64,000 nucleotides of DNA from an uncultured virus (IMG/VR IMGVR_UViG_3300030044_000019). Lineage: Duplodnaviria; Heunggongvirae; Uroviricota; Caudoviricetes. A program made the position numbers and the translations under genes. Shown piece after piece: positions 1-9,969 of the stretch; position 1 is the first letter of the stretch, and the number at the start of each line of letters is the position of its first letter. The stretch spans positions 1 to 64,000 of the IMG/VR virus record IMGVR_UViG_3300030044_000019; one strand, written 5' to 3'. The notes beneath the pieces were generated by a model that worked only from the letters and a program-made list of their open reading frames with translations, made no database searches and was not told where the DNA came from.

Positions 1-68
1 TAAAAAGTCAAACAAAAAGCAACTTATGATATAAGAAGAGTAGATACTTAAAACAAGGAGAAATAAAC

Positions 69-668
69 ATGTCAGATACTGAAAACAAAAAGAATGCAAC
101 CGAACGACTTGAAGATCTAGAGAAAGTAGTACACCAGATTATTCAGGCTCTTCAACCTATGGAGCCAATGGCCCGCGATCTTGGTAACTTTAAAGAGGCA
201 CTAAAGCTTCTCAATAATAAGCTTGACGCTGTTGTTAAAGCCTCCAATCAAGGCGAAACCATTACTGATGAAGCCATCGCTAGTTTCATGACCGAAAACA
301 ATGTAAAAGAACTTTCTAGCAAGGTGACGCAAATGGTAGAAAGCGGGCTTCTAGCTGCTACCGACACTATTTCGAAGGAATCATTCGTGATTATCAACGA
401 AGCTGATGCAAGTGGTAAGATTGTTAATCCACGTATGCAGTTCTTGCTTTCTTCTTTGCAACACGAAGAAGTTCGGAATAAACTTGATGGTGCTAAAACG
501 GGTGACAACATTCCTGTAGGCGATCAAGGAGCTTCTATCAATGTTCTAGAAGCCTACAATATTATTACTCCTAAAGCCCCAGAAGCTGCTGCAGCGCCAG
601 CCGAAGACGCTCAATCGGCGTCCGCTGATGCTACTCCAGAAGCCGCACCTGCTGAAGCTACCGCTTAA
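69..668 (+). CDS. hypothetical protein (N-terminal coiled coil, possible FKBP/trigger-factor-like C-terminal domain)
   Basis: 199-aa ORF with AAGGAG RBS; directly upstream of the chaperonin gene. Confidence 0.6.
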   Translation: MSDTENKKNATERLEDLEKVVHQIIQALQPMEPMARDLGNFKEALKLLNNKLDAVVKASNQGETITDEAIASFMTENNVKELSSKVTQMVESGLLAATDTISKESFVIINEADASGKIVNPRMQFLLSSLQHEEVRNKLDGAKTGDNIPVGDQGASINVLEAYNIITPKAPEAAAAPAEDAQSASADATPEAAPAEATA

Positions 669-699
669 TAAACACTAAAAGCCGAGGGAACAACCACCG

Positions 700-2466
700 A
701 TGTCTATCAGAAAAGCTAAAACAGCTCCAAAATCTTATTTATCTGACCAAGAACAGCTTAAAAAGATCGTTTTAAGGACAATGAAGAAAGTATCGGACAT
801 AGTTGGAAGTTCTCTCGGCCCAGGTGGTCGTGTGACATTGATTGAAGAAAGTCTTCCTAACATCCCAAATAGGTTGACTAAAGATGGGGTGACTATCTTT
901 AAGAATTTGGGTTCAGAAGACTCTTATGAGCATCTGATAATCGAATCTGCTAGAGATGCAGCTGTTAGAACCGCTAATACGGTAGGCGATGGTACTACTA
1001 CGGCTACCATTCTATCTTACAATATCATCAAGCATATGTTTGATTTTTGTGAACAAAATCCCAAGTATTCTCCACAAAAAGCTATCCGTAGAATTCACAA
1101 AGTAGTTAAAGAAATTCTAATTCCTTACATTGAAAGCCGAGCAATCAAGATCACAGAAGAAAACAAAGAACTTATCCGCAAAGTAGCTACTATCTCTGCC
1201 AATGGGGATAAAGAGCTTGCCGATGCTGTTATCGAATGCTTTGAGCTACTCGGCTATTCTGATTCCAGCCATGTGACTATTCGTGAGGCTACGGGCAATG
1301 ATAGCTATAAAGTTGAACGAATTGATGGGATGCCCATTCCAACCGGAATGGAAGATCTTGGCAAATTTAGCAATGTGTACATCAATGATCAAGCATCACT
1401 TAGATGCCACTTAATTAAACCTATTTTTGTCCTATTTGATGGAATGATTACCGATCTCATTGGATTGTCACCTATTTTTGACCAGATTGGTCAAAGGTAC
1501 GCTGATGGCGACGAAAACTTTAAAAATGTGGTCGTAGTAGCTCATGGATTTTCTGATAACGTCATGACTACACTAGCTTACAATTTTGCCAATCCAGGTA
1601 CTATTAATATCGTCCCCATGAGAACACCAATGGCTCAGCATGTCAATAGCCAGCAACAGTTTTTGTTGGATCTTGGGGCCTTTTGCAATGCTAAGGTGTT
1701 TGGGTTTAAAGATCAACTAGGCACAGTTACTCTAAAAGATCTCGGTACTGGGATGGAATCGTTCGAAATGTATCGCTACCGCAGTACGGTTGTAGGTGAA
1801 AGTGATCCATTCAACATTGAAATTCGTGCTGAAGAGCTTAAAAAGATGAAAGACAATTCTGAAAGCATCGCAGAGAAAATTTGGCTAGAAGAACGTCTAG
1901 GCAAACTCACTAGCGGGATTGTCAAGCTCACTATCTTCAGTAATAGCTCTGGGAGCCTTAAAGAGAAGGCTGACCGAGTAGAAGATGCTGTTATGGCGGC
2001 AAAGAGCGCCATCGTCTATGGGTGCTTGCCGGGCGGGTGCAGAATGAGTTTGGACATGGCTATGTTGCTTGCAGAAAAACTACCAGAAAACGATCCGGCT
2101 ATGACCGTTCTATTTTCTTCCTTGCTTTGCCTACCAGAGAAGCTGCTGTCTAATGCGGGCTATGATAGGGAAGAAATTGGAGTAATCATAGAGGAGCTTC
2201 TTAAAGATCCTCAGCTAGTTTATGACATCGAAAATGAACAGTTCGGGAAGGCCGAAGAGTTGGGTCTATTTGATGCGACTAGAAGCGTCCAAGATTCCTT
2301 GGTCAATGCAGTATCTATTGCAAGCTTGTTTGGAGCTATAGGGGGAATTATTAGCTTTGAACGAGATCCTATATATGAGAGAGAAGAAGCCAAAGCAGAT
2401 AGCGAATTTTTAAGAAATTGCGAATATCCTGAAATGAATGTTAATGAAGCAAACAAAAGAGCTTAA
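700..2466 (+). CDS. groEL: phage-encoded GroEL-like chaperonin
   Basis: Motifs SLGPGGR, TKDGVT, GDGTTTAT, ATISANGD, ERLGKL, KEKADRVEDA. Confidence 0.92.
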   Translation: MSIRKAKTAPKSYLSDQEQLKKIVLRTMKKVSDIVGSSLGPGGRVTLIEESLPNIPNRLTKDGVTIFKNLGSEDSYEHLIIESARDAAVRTANTVGDGTTTATILSYNIIKHMFDFCEQNPKYSPQKAIRRIHKVVKEILIPYIESRAIKITEENKELIRKVATISANGDKELADAVIECFELLGYSDSSHVTIREATGNDSYKVERIDGMPIPTGMEDLGKFSNVYINDQASLRCHLIKPIFVLFDGMITDLIGLSPIFDQIGQRYADGDENFKNVVVVAHGFSDNVMTTLAYNFANPGTINIVPMRTPMAQHVNSQQQFLLDLGAFCNAKVFGFKDQLGTVTLKDLGTGMESFEMYRYRSTVVGESDPFNIEIRAEELKKMKDNSESIAEKIWLEERLGKLTSGIVKLTIFSNSSGSLKEKADRVEDAVMAAKSAIVYGCLPGGCRMSLDMAMLLAEKLPENDPAMTVLFSSLLCLPEKLLSNAGYDREEIGVIIEELLKDPQLVYDIENEQFGKAEELGLFDATRSVQDSLVNAVSIASLFGAIGGIISFERDPIYEREEAKADSEFLRNCEYPEMNVNEANKRA

Positions 2467-2526
2467 ATATCAATAAGTTGTAAATATATATTGACTTTTT
2501 AATTGTAAAGTGTTAATCTTTATAAC

Positions 2527-3546
2527 ATGAAAAGCAAATGGTCTCTAGAAAAATTGCAAGAAGAAGCTAACAAATACACTACCAGAAGTAAATTGATGAG
2601 AGGCAATTATGCAGCTTATCAAGCTGCGAAACGACTTAACGTAATGGAACAAGTTTGTTCCCACATGCCAAAACGTGTGGGTATGGCTGGGGAAAACAAT
2701 CCTCGTTTTAAATGGAATGAAGAAAAAATTTTGACAGAAGCACTGAAATATCATATAAAAAGTAATTTTATAAAACATGCTTATGGGGCATATAAGGCTG
2801 CTAAAAAGTTTGGCATCCTACAAAAAGTTTGCTCCCATATGAAAATTCAAAATTTCAATGGTGAGAACAACCCTAATTTTAGATGGTCTCTAGAAAAATT
2901 GCAAGAAGAAGCTAACAAATACAACAGTAAAAAAGATTTTTTAAATGCAAATCCGGCAGCTTATTCAGCAGCCGATAAAAGAGGTATTTTAAATAAAATC
3001 TGCGAACATATGACAGAAGGTTATAATAGTTGGAATTATAAAAAAATAAACGAAGTTGCTAAAAAATATATTTTTAGAAGTGATTTTGAAAAAAACGATC
3101 TTGGTGCTTACAAAGCTGCATTTAGAATGGGAATAATGGATGAAATTTGTGTCCACATGCCCATAAGATCGTCTGAATCTCGTCCAGAAAAAGAATTAGC
3201 TTCTTTTATAAAAGAATACTATCCAACTTCGACGAAGCTAAGAAAAAGAAATATAAATATATTAAATAAACCTCACATTTATGGTCTAGACATCGATATT
3301 TATATACCAGAACTCAAATTAGGAGTGGAATTTGACGGAACCTACCATCATTCCTTTCGTGGATTGAAAAGATCTAAACCTCATTGGCCAGATAAGGATA
3401 TTAAAAAATACCATGAAATTAAGGATTCTTACTTCAAATCTATAGGTATCAAAATACTTCATATTAAAGAAAAAGACTTTTTAAAAAATAAAGGGAAATG
3501 TTTTCAAAGATGTTTGGATTTTTTAAAAAGTACCGCAACTATTTAA
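2527..3546 (+). CDS. putative homing endonuclease: helical repeats plus C-terminal PD-(D/E)XK/Vsr-like nuclease (paralog 1)
   Basis: Repeats W..E.L.EEA.KY....F....AY.AA......C.HM; C-terminal DIDIYIPE..GVEFDGTYHH. Confidence 0.75.
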   Translation: MKSKWSLEKLQEEANKYTTRSKLMRGNYAAYQAAKRLNVMEQVCSHMPKRVGMAGENNPRFKWNEEKILTEALKYHIKSNFIKHAYGAYKAAKKFGILQKVCSHMKIQNFNGENNPNFRWSLEKLQEEANKYNSKKDFLNANPAAYSAADKRGILNKICEHMTEGYNSWNYKKINEVAKKYIFRSDFEKNDLGAYKAAFRMGIMDEICVHMPIRSSESRPEKELASFIKEYYPTSTKLRKRNINILNKPHIYGLDIDIYIPELKLGVEFDGTYHHSFRGLKRSKPHWPDKDIKKYHEIKDSYFKSIGIKILHIKEKDFLKNKGKCFQRCLDFLKSTATI

Positions 3547-3606
3547 TATTGCTAGATAATTTTCAATATTTGATCTCTAAATCAATCTTTATGTAGAGGT
3601 TTATCC

Positions 3607-4683
3607 ATGGCTAACTGCACTTATATTGATGGAATTGGTTCAAGTCAAGCAATTGATACTGCTGGCGAAATCGTTGATCTAGCGGGGATTGACTGCTCCT
3701 CATTGGTTGGTGCTGCTTTTAATTACGAGCATGAATCAAAACTTCCTTCCCAAATTTGCGGTAAAATTCTCGAATATAAAAAAATATTCTCGGATAAAGA
3801 TTGTGAAAATGACAGGCACGCATATTATTGGGAAAAATGCAAGACTCCCTTTTTGTATGTAATGGGACGCTTGTTCGATGATAAAAAAGACTCTTCAAGA
3901 GAAGTTGCCGCTCTTTTTATGGATGATGCTGAGCATCCAGATGAACAACCGATGGTTGGCTTCTCTATCGAGGGTTCCAAGATAGATAAGGTTGGTCTAA
4001 TAGTTACCAAATCGGTGGCTCGTAAGATAACTTTGACTAATATCCCGGCAAATAAAACTTGTGTCGCCGAAATGATCCCAGCAGATCCTGAAAAAACTGA
4101 CTCAGATTCCATTTTTAAATCTGAGCCTTCTTTTACTATTGAACTTCTTTCTAAAGGTCAAAATCCAGGCAAAAAATTCCCTTCGGATGCCCAAAGAGGC
4201 GGTCAGCCATCTTATCTAGTGGGTTCCCCCAAAAATCGTCCGATAGCTGCTAGAAAATCAGGAACAAAGAACCATAGAATGGCTGTGGCTAGTTCCCCTA
4301 AATTCGGACCTGTAGCTCCTAAAGCTATTCAAGGTGAAATCGGTAAAGGCGAATCAATGAAAAAAGCGATGACTGCAGGCTCAGGAATGACTGCCCCAGG
4401 TAATATGGTTGGTGGAGCTGCCTTGGGAAAAGAAGCTTTAGATAAGAAGATGAAGAAGTCCACACTCCTTCAACGAGCAGAACAAGAATATAAAGCTTGG
4501 GGTAAGAGAGAAGCTTTTGAAACTTATATGTCAAAAACTATGCCACACCTAGCCAAGGGCGAAATCGCGGCTATTGGGCAAGTTCTTTGTTTAAACAAAT
4601 CCATGAAAGCTGAAAAGAAGCTTGCTAAAATGATGGTTGGCAGCGATATGGATAGTTTTGTTGAGAAAAAAGAGAAAAAATAG
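3607..4683 (+). CDS. prohead (capsid maturation) protease
   Basis: D..GE.V...GID, FNYEH, GFSIEG, ITLT..PAN motifs typical of HK97/Herelleviridae-type proteases. Confidence 0.75.
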   Translation: MANCTYIDGIGSSQAIDTAGEIVDLAGIDCSSLVGAAFNYEHESKLPSQICGKILEYKKIFSDKDCENDRHAYYWEKCKTPFLYVMGRLFDDKKDSSREVAALFMDDAEHPDEQPMVGFSIEGSKIDKVGLIVTKSVARKITLTNIPANKTCVAEMIPADPEKTDSDSIFKSEPSFTIELLSKGQNPGKKFPSDAQRGGQPSYLVGSPKNRPIAARKSGTKNHRMAVASSPKFGPVAPKAIQGEIGKGESMKKAMTAGSGMTAPGNMVGGAALGKEALDKKMKKSTLLQRAEQEYKAWGKREAFETYMSKTMPHLAKGEIAAIGQVLCLNKSMKAEKKLAKMMVGSDMDSFVEKKEKK

Positions 4684-4688
4684 TATTT

Positions 4689-4895
4689 ATGGCAGAATTT
4701 TTGATATTCTTATCGTTGGCCTGTCCGAATCCATCTTTAATCAACAGAACCAACTATCCTTGGAACGATCATGACAAAGAAGTTATCAATACATGCTCTA
4801 GCAGATGTCCTAAATTATATTCCGATGCTCCATGTCTAAAATTATTTATTAAATACGATAAACAAGATTACGACTGTATCTGTGGCAAACCTTAA
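4689..4895 (+). CDS. small Cys-rich protein with hydrophobic N-terminus
   Basis: 68-aa ORF, LSLAC near N-terminus, 6 Cys. Confidence 0.4.
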   Translation: MAEFLIFLSLACPNPSLINRTNYPWNDHDKEVINTCSSRCPKLYSDAPCLKLFIKYDKQDYDCICGKP

Positions 4896-5446
4896 GGGAT
4901 AAAATACCTATTCCCACCTGCGGCAAGCTGTCTGTAATCTAAATGAACCCAATTGCTTCCTGGAGCTTTTTCGCATCTCATGCCCCATTTGTCGAGTAAA
5001 TTCTTACTTACCAGCTCTTCTCTGACTTCATCGCAAGTCATACCCACAATATCAAAATCCATGGCTTCACCTTCGCTGTGGGCTGAGTGTAAAGCTCCAC
5101 CAATAGCCTTATTGTACTCTAGCGGTCTGTAGGTAACATGAACATTGATTGGTTTGTCGAAATAATCGCGAACTATATCCATGTCCATGGCTAAATTAAT
5201 GAGATTTTCTTTGATTTGATCGTTTAGTCCATCCGTTTCATTGGCCATTCGTTTCCAGGTTGGTAAGTAGATCATTTCTTTGACTGTAAAATATTTTGAC
5301 ACTTTACAATCAGGATTTGTCCAATCGACTTCTTGCTTTTCAGTTGGTTCTGGAGCTTTAGTCTCCACAGGAGCACTTTCATTAGTTTTGTTAACTAAAA
5401 AGCTCAACAATAATTTACCCAAATCACTCCAAATAGATCCTGCCAT
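4892..5446 (-). CDS. peptidase M15A-family endolysin
   Basis: YR...N..IGGA..SAH..GEAMDF...WVHLD; ATG 5446 with GAGG RBS; late motif upstream. Confidence 0.85.
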   Translation of the reverse strand: MAGSIWSDLGKLLLSFLVNKTNESAPVETKAPEPTEKQEVDWTNPDCKVSKYFTVKEMIYLPTWKRMANETDGLNDQIKENLINLAMDMDIVRDYFDKPINVHVTYRPLEYNKAIGGALHSAHSEGEAMDFDIVGMTCDEVREELVSKNLLDKWGMRCEKAPGSNWVHLDYRQLAAGGNRYFIP

Positions 5447-5510
5447 ATAAACCTCTTGACTTTCTTGCTTTATCACTATAACCTATATAAAGATTGGTAT
5501 AGAAAAAACA

Positions 5511-5828
5511 ATGAAAATAACTATACATTTTGGATCTGAAGGACCACAAAAACAGATCAACTGGTGGAAAGAACTAATGGATTTCCCTAAAGCTCTCAGC
5601 TACAACAATAAAAAATGGGAATGGTCCTTCTATACTACAGATCCTGCAGGCTTTAGCGATTACGTTCTAATACTATCCCAAATTCCTAGTTATGATCCTC
5701 ACTTTTATGTTGATATGGTTAGTTTCGAAGAACTTTTTGGATCTGATTTTAAATGTGAATGTGGAGCGAAGTTCTCCTCTTTCGAATGGGACCACATGTT
5801 TTACTGCTCGATGCGGACACCATGGTAA
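5511..5828 (+). CDS. hypothetical protein with C-terminal Cys/His Zn-ribbon-like motif
   Basis: CECG...H..YC; the same motif ends ORF 50616-50858. Confidence 0.55.
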   Translation: MKITIHFGSEGPQKQINWWKELMDFPKALSYNNKKWEWSFYTTDPAGFSDYVLILSQIPSYDPHFYVDMVSFEELFGSDFKCECGAKFSSFEWDHMFYCSMRTPW

Positions 5829-6193
5829 TGGGTTACAAACAACTCTATAAAGAACTCGCAACCTCCATTGACGAACTTCGTTGTGCCGTTTATGATTACG
5901 ATTTTATTGGTTTCTGCAACCACACGAAAAAATTTAGAGCTTTTATCTACATAGATTCAAAAATGTCCTATAAAGAAAAGTACTTCACTCTAGCGCATGA
6001 AGCAGGTCATCTCTTTTATATGAGCGGAGACAATATGTTCAATTGGTCTAAGAAAATCAGATCTGAAACAAAAGCCCATGCTTATGCCGTTAAATTGCTG
6101 GATAGTGCAGATATAAATGAGGATGAATACTATATTTTTTATAGTAAGGCCAAAAGTAGGCGCGGACGCAAGAAGTCCTGGTCTGAATTATAA
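5828..6193 (+). CDS. ImmA/IrrE-like Zn metallopeptidase
   Basis: FTLAHEAGH ... E.KA..YA; TAATG overlap with the upstream stop. Confidence 0.7.
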   Translation: MGYKQLYKELATSIDELRCAVYDYDFIGFCNHTKKFRAFIYIDSKMSYKEKYFTLAHEAGHLFYMSGDNMFNWSKKIRSETKAHAYAVKLLDSADINEDEYYIFYSKAKSRRGRKKSWSEL

Positions 6194-6203
6194 GGATAAG
6201 CGA

Positions 6204-6440
6204 ATGAACGATTTTGCATGGTTTTTAATTATAATATTGTTGCTTCTTATTTCTGGTAAAATAGGTGCTCACTATGATGAGAAATTAAAAAAGGATCACG
6301 AAGATTTTATAAAAGATATTCCTATAGAAAAATCTTGTCCCCCACATTCGTGGGAATGGGAAGAACAGTTGGATATGCTTGATACTACCTATATACGATG
6401 TCAAAAATGCAGAAGATTACCTGGATGGCCAGACAAATGA
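6204..6440 (+). CDS. small membrane protein with Zn-finger-like C-terminus
   Basis: N-terminal TM segment; CPPH...CQKC. Confidence 0.5.
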   Translation: MNDFAWFLIIILLLLISGKIGAHYDEKLKKDHEDFIKDIPIEKSCPPHSWEWEEQLDMLDTTYIRCQKCRRLPGWPDK

Positions 6441-6781
6441 AGGTTATAATTGCAGGAGGCAGAAACATTACTTACTGGCCGACTGTAGGTAGGGCTATAA
6501 AGCTATCTAAGTTTGATATTACGGAAGTTGTATCTGGAGGTGCAACTGGCGTAGATTATCTTGGAGAAAGTTTTGCTAAATTAGCATCACTAAAATTAAC
6601 AATATTTAAAGCAGACTGGGATGCACACGGAAAGGCTGCAGGTCCAATTAGAAACAAAACCATGGCCGCTTATGCAGATGCTTTAATAGCAGTATGGGAC
6701 GGGAAGAGTCGTGGGACTAAAAATATGATAGAGGAAATGAAAAAGTTAAACAAGCTAGTGTATGTACATCTAGTTGAATAG
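6437..6781 (+). CDS. YspA/DUF2493-like SLOG nucleotide-binding protein
   Basis: MKVIIAGGR, VVSGGATGVD, AAGPIRN, WDGKSRGTKNMI; ATGA overlap. Confidence 0.85.
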   Translation: MKVIIAGGRNITYWPTVGRAIKLSKFDITEVVSGGATGVDYLGESFAKLASLKLTIFKADWDAHGKAAGPIRNKTMAAYADALIAVWDGKSRGTKNMIEEMKKLNKLVYVHLVE

Positions 6782-7549
6782 TCAGTCTTTTCTCTGATTC
6801 TCAAGTTCATTATGACCAGAACCTACGAAAGTAATGTGGCCTTGTCTATCAAACCCCCAATTGGTAGGGACGTAGAAGGGTGTGCACCTACAGTGAGGGT
6901 GATTCCCTATAAGACTAGGAACTTTGTCCCCACGTTTATAGTATCCAGCGGATAGCTCACTCAACTTAAAAAGACGTGGAGTCACACCGTCTTCCATTAT
7001 ATTTAATTTAACACAAACTGGACAGGTAGACGCATCACGTATTACAGCAAACCCTACGATAGGGTCTCTGTCATTATTAAGAGCGGCGTTTCTTGAAATT
7101 TCCATCACGGTGCCAATGTTACGGGTTTTGGTTCCTTCTGCTGCAACTATGGCTTCCATATCAGTTTTAGCTTTGTCTAATTGGTCTTGTATAATTTTAT
7201 TCAAGGTCTCTTGGTCAATCTTCTCCCCAGTTAATCTGGATTGTCTAGCCATGCCTTCTATTTGTTGAACGATGTTGTTGGAAGTTTTCTCCCTTAAAGT
7301 ACTTATATAGCCATAAGCTCCAGCCAACAGACCCTTCAGTACATCATCTTCAACATTATTAAGATATTTGTTCCCCATCGCTTGAAGGAATAGGTAAGCC
7401 AAAGAGGCTCCCGCTTCAAAACCGATTAGAGTGTGTCGTTTGTGGTGGAGTTTGGGAACATGACCGAGGAAACGCAAAGCTGTTTTGTCGAACAAATCAT
7501 CGACTACTTTTTTTATAGATTCTGAAGTAGAAGAATGTATGCCATGCAT
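6782..7549 (-). CDS. Mu gpF/SPP1 gp7-like minor head protein
   Basis: TCPVC ... HPHCRC; downstream of the portal gene. Confidence 0.75.
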   Translation of the reverse strand: MHGIHSSTSESIKKVVDDLFDKTALRFLGHVPKLHHKRHTLIGFEAGASLAYLFLQAMGNKYLNNVEDDVLKGLLAGAYGYISTLREKTSNNIVQQIEGMARQSRLTGEKIDQETLNKIIQDQLDKAKTDMEAIVAAEGTKTRNIGTVMEISRNAALNNDRDPIVGFAVIRDASTCPVCVKLNIMEDGVTPRLFKLSELSAGYYKRGDKVPSLIGNHPHCRCTPFYVPTNWGFDRQGHITFVGSGHNELENQRKD

Positions 7550-7554
7550 GGGCT

Positions 7555-8103
7555 TTACTTTTTAGTCAAACCTTCTACATTCAAAATGGAACTGATATCG
7601 CTAGCTGCTTTGGTTTGGTCACCTTCCCATTTAGCAAACACGTCTTTAACAATTTTCTCTTGAAGTGTTAAGGCTTTTAGGCCAGCTTCTGGCACATTAG
7701 CTTTAACTCTAGCTGGAATAGTAAGCGTACGCATCTCGTCTATAGCTTTTTTAAGATCTTGCATTACAAAGGGAGATAGTTCGCTTTTGCCAAGAATATT
7801 TTCAAGTTTTTCGATATGTTGTCCAAGTTCATCGTCGCCATTGGGGTTCTGAGAAATAGGCTGTTGTTCAGCGTCTTCGGCTCCTGGTTGAGGTTGTTCA
7901 CCCTCTTGACCTTCTTGTCCAGGCTGTCCGGGTTGCTGTGCGGCCATCGTGGCTTCCTGGGCCTGCTGAGCTTGTTGCTGTGCTTGGTCATTTTGAGAAG
8001 CTTGCATGCCTTGTTCGTAACCATCACGCCAAGCTACGTCAACACTGGACATAAATCTAGCTTTTAATTCCTGATACTTAGTCTTATAATCAATTGGCGG
8101 CAT
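7555..8103 (-). CDS. Gln-rich head-associated protein
   Basis: Between portal and gpF-like gene; LGKSE motif. Confidence 0.55.
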   Translation of the reverse strand: MPPIDYKTKYQELKARFMSSVDVAWRDGYEQGMQASQNDQAQQQAQQAQEATMAAQQPGQPGQEGQEGEQPQPGAEDAEQQPISQNPNGDDELGQHIEKLENILGKSELSPFVMQDLKKAIDEMRTLTIPARVKANVPEAGLKALTLQEKIVKDVFAKWEGDQTKAASDISSILNVEGLTKK

Positions 8104-8105
8104 AC

Positions 8106-9953
8106 TTATTCTCCAGTTCCATCATCTTCAAGCATATCTTCAATTTCCATTTTCAGAAACTCAAGGTTATGTTTTTTAGGGGCTGCCATGGCTTTGATGG
8201 CATTTGGGTTAACTTGCACCAGAAGTTGTATCCATTGTAGGGCAAATGGGTCTCTTTTAAACTTAAGAAGTGGATCTATTAAGGCGCTAGGATCGCCAAA
8301 GAACTTGCTACGAACTTCTCCTACACTACTATAAAAATCTAATACTTGACGATAGCGTTCATTAAATGGAACATCTCCCCCAAAAGCTTTTCCAGGTCCA
8401 TCCTCATCTACTTCTGCAAGCAAACTATCATAGGTATGGAATAGAGTGGAGTCTTGTTGTAAACGGGCAGACTCTTGTTCCTTTGATTGAGCATCCAAAC
8501 CAGACAATTTAACTTCGACTATTTGAGCCATCTCTGGGTCGATGATGGGTAGCAGCCTTTGATTGAAGTAAGTTTGCCAGCCAAGAATCAGAGGCCTTAA
8601 GCCGGAATCTCTGGCAGCGGTCATCTTGAATTCATTATTTGATTCTGAAAGCGTTTGTGAATTAGTTCCTTTAGACAAATGGCCATACCCTGGAATTTCA
8701 TCAGGAGACACACCGAAAGCTGACAAGATGTTTCTGGCTACTTGATCGTAGGTAAACGAGAATTCACCATTCTCAAGGCGATCTTGAGTTGGAGTCCACT
8801 GAACGTCATCGGTTGTAGATATACCAAAAATAGGGGTTCTGAATGCATTAGATACGGAGTTGATCGAAGCATTAAATTGCATTTTAATGGCGTCAATCAT
8901 TTGTTGATCAACTTCTTCACTCTTAATAACCAACATCCCTTTGGCGCTCTTACCATTAGAGAAGTAGGTCTTCCAGAAAGCTTCGATTGAGATGTGAGTC
9001 GTAACACAATTCACGCATGTGTCTAAAGGTGATACAGGGTATCCGTTGTGCTCTACGTCCGTAGATGGGAATAGATTGTAAACGAGCATTTCATTATGAG
9101 TGAACGCTTGTCTAGGTTGACCTTCAATGACCTGTAACCAGGCGTAGTGATCTTCTCTGAGCTTGCTGATATCTATGTTGAAAGAATTGCCTTCCATCGC
9201 TTCTAAGGCTTTGAGAGCCAACTCACGCAGGTTCTGACCTACTTGTTCACCACGACGAACGGCGCGATAAATAGTTGCAATGTCTACAGGTCTAAAACGA
9301 TGAAAAGGGAAGTTGCCATCTTTGTCTGGTTTACCTGAACGATCGTATATAATTTCTGTACCATGAGATCCGAAACTTAGGCCGTTGATGGTCTGGGTGC
9401 TCATGAAATCAGCAAGAGTCATTTTGTCTTGTTGCTCAAGACCTTCATCGTGGCCGCAATTCAAAAGTAGGATTTCAAGCCTCTTCATCCTAGTTACAAT
9501 TTTTTCATATTGCTCAGGAGTAAATAGATCCAAGAACTCAGCTTTGATGTCAAGCTGAAGGCCTACGTCGAAGCGGTCTTTTCTCAAATGACCATAAAGC
9601 TTCATGATGTTGCCGCGTGTTCTTAAAATCGCAGCAACCAAATGATCTGTAACTCGAACCGTTTTAATCAATTCTGGGGGTAAGAGTCGGGTACGAGCTT
9701 TAAATAAACCAAGAAAATTGGCCTGCGGAGAAGGTAGTTCTGAAAAAGCTAAGCTTGGGGCTTTTTTCTTCGCCGTTCCGGTAGTCTGACGAATGAGCTT
9801 ATGGAGTGGGGATTCTCCTTTTGCTAGAGAGTCTGCAGACAAAGATACGCTATCAATTGCGTGTTGCAATTCAGAAAGACCAGATTTTTCAACCGTGTCT
9901 TCCGTACTGTCACCAAAAGCAAGGGCTACTTTTTTCTTGTCTTTATCTTCCAT
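8106..9953 (-). CDS. portal protein
   Basis: RPVD..TI, NGYPVSPL, YFSNG...KGML, ILSAFGVSPDEI; Herelleviridae-like portal pattern near TerL. Confidence 0.85.
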   Translation of the reverse strand: MEDKDKKKVALAFGDSTEDTVEKSGLSELQHAIDSVSLSADSLAKGESPLHKLIRQTTGTAKKKAPSLAFSELPSPQANFLGLFKARTRLLPPELIKTVRVTDHLVAAILRTRGNIMKLYGHLRKDRFDVGLQLDIKAEFLDLFTPEQYEKIVTRMKRLEILLLNCGHDEGLEQQDKMTLADFMSTQTINGLSFGSHGTEIIYDRSGKPDKDGNFPFHRFRPVDIATIYRAVRRGEQVGQNLRELALKALEAMEGNSFNIDISKLREDHYAWLQVIEGQPRQAFTHNEMLVYNLFPSTDVEHNGYPVSPLDTCVNCVTTHISIEAFWKTYFSNGKSAKGMLVIKSEEVDQQMIDAIKMQFNASINSVSNAFRTPIFGISTTDDVQWTPTQDRLENGEFSFTYDQVARNILSAFGVSPDEIPGYGHLSKGTNSQTLSESNNEFKMTAARDSGLRPLILGWQTYFNQRLLPIIDPEMAQIVEVKLSGLDAQSKEQESARLQQDSTLFHTYDSLLAEVDEDGPGKAFGGDVPFNERYRQVLDFYSSVGEVRSKFFGDPSALIDPLLKFKRDPFALQWIQLLVQVNPNAIKAMAAPKKHNLEFLKMEIEDMLEDDGTGE

Positions 9954-9969
9954 ATACGCCCCTCTTATA

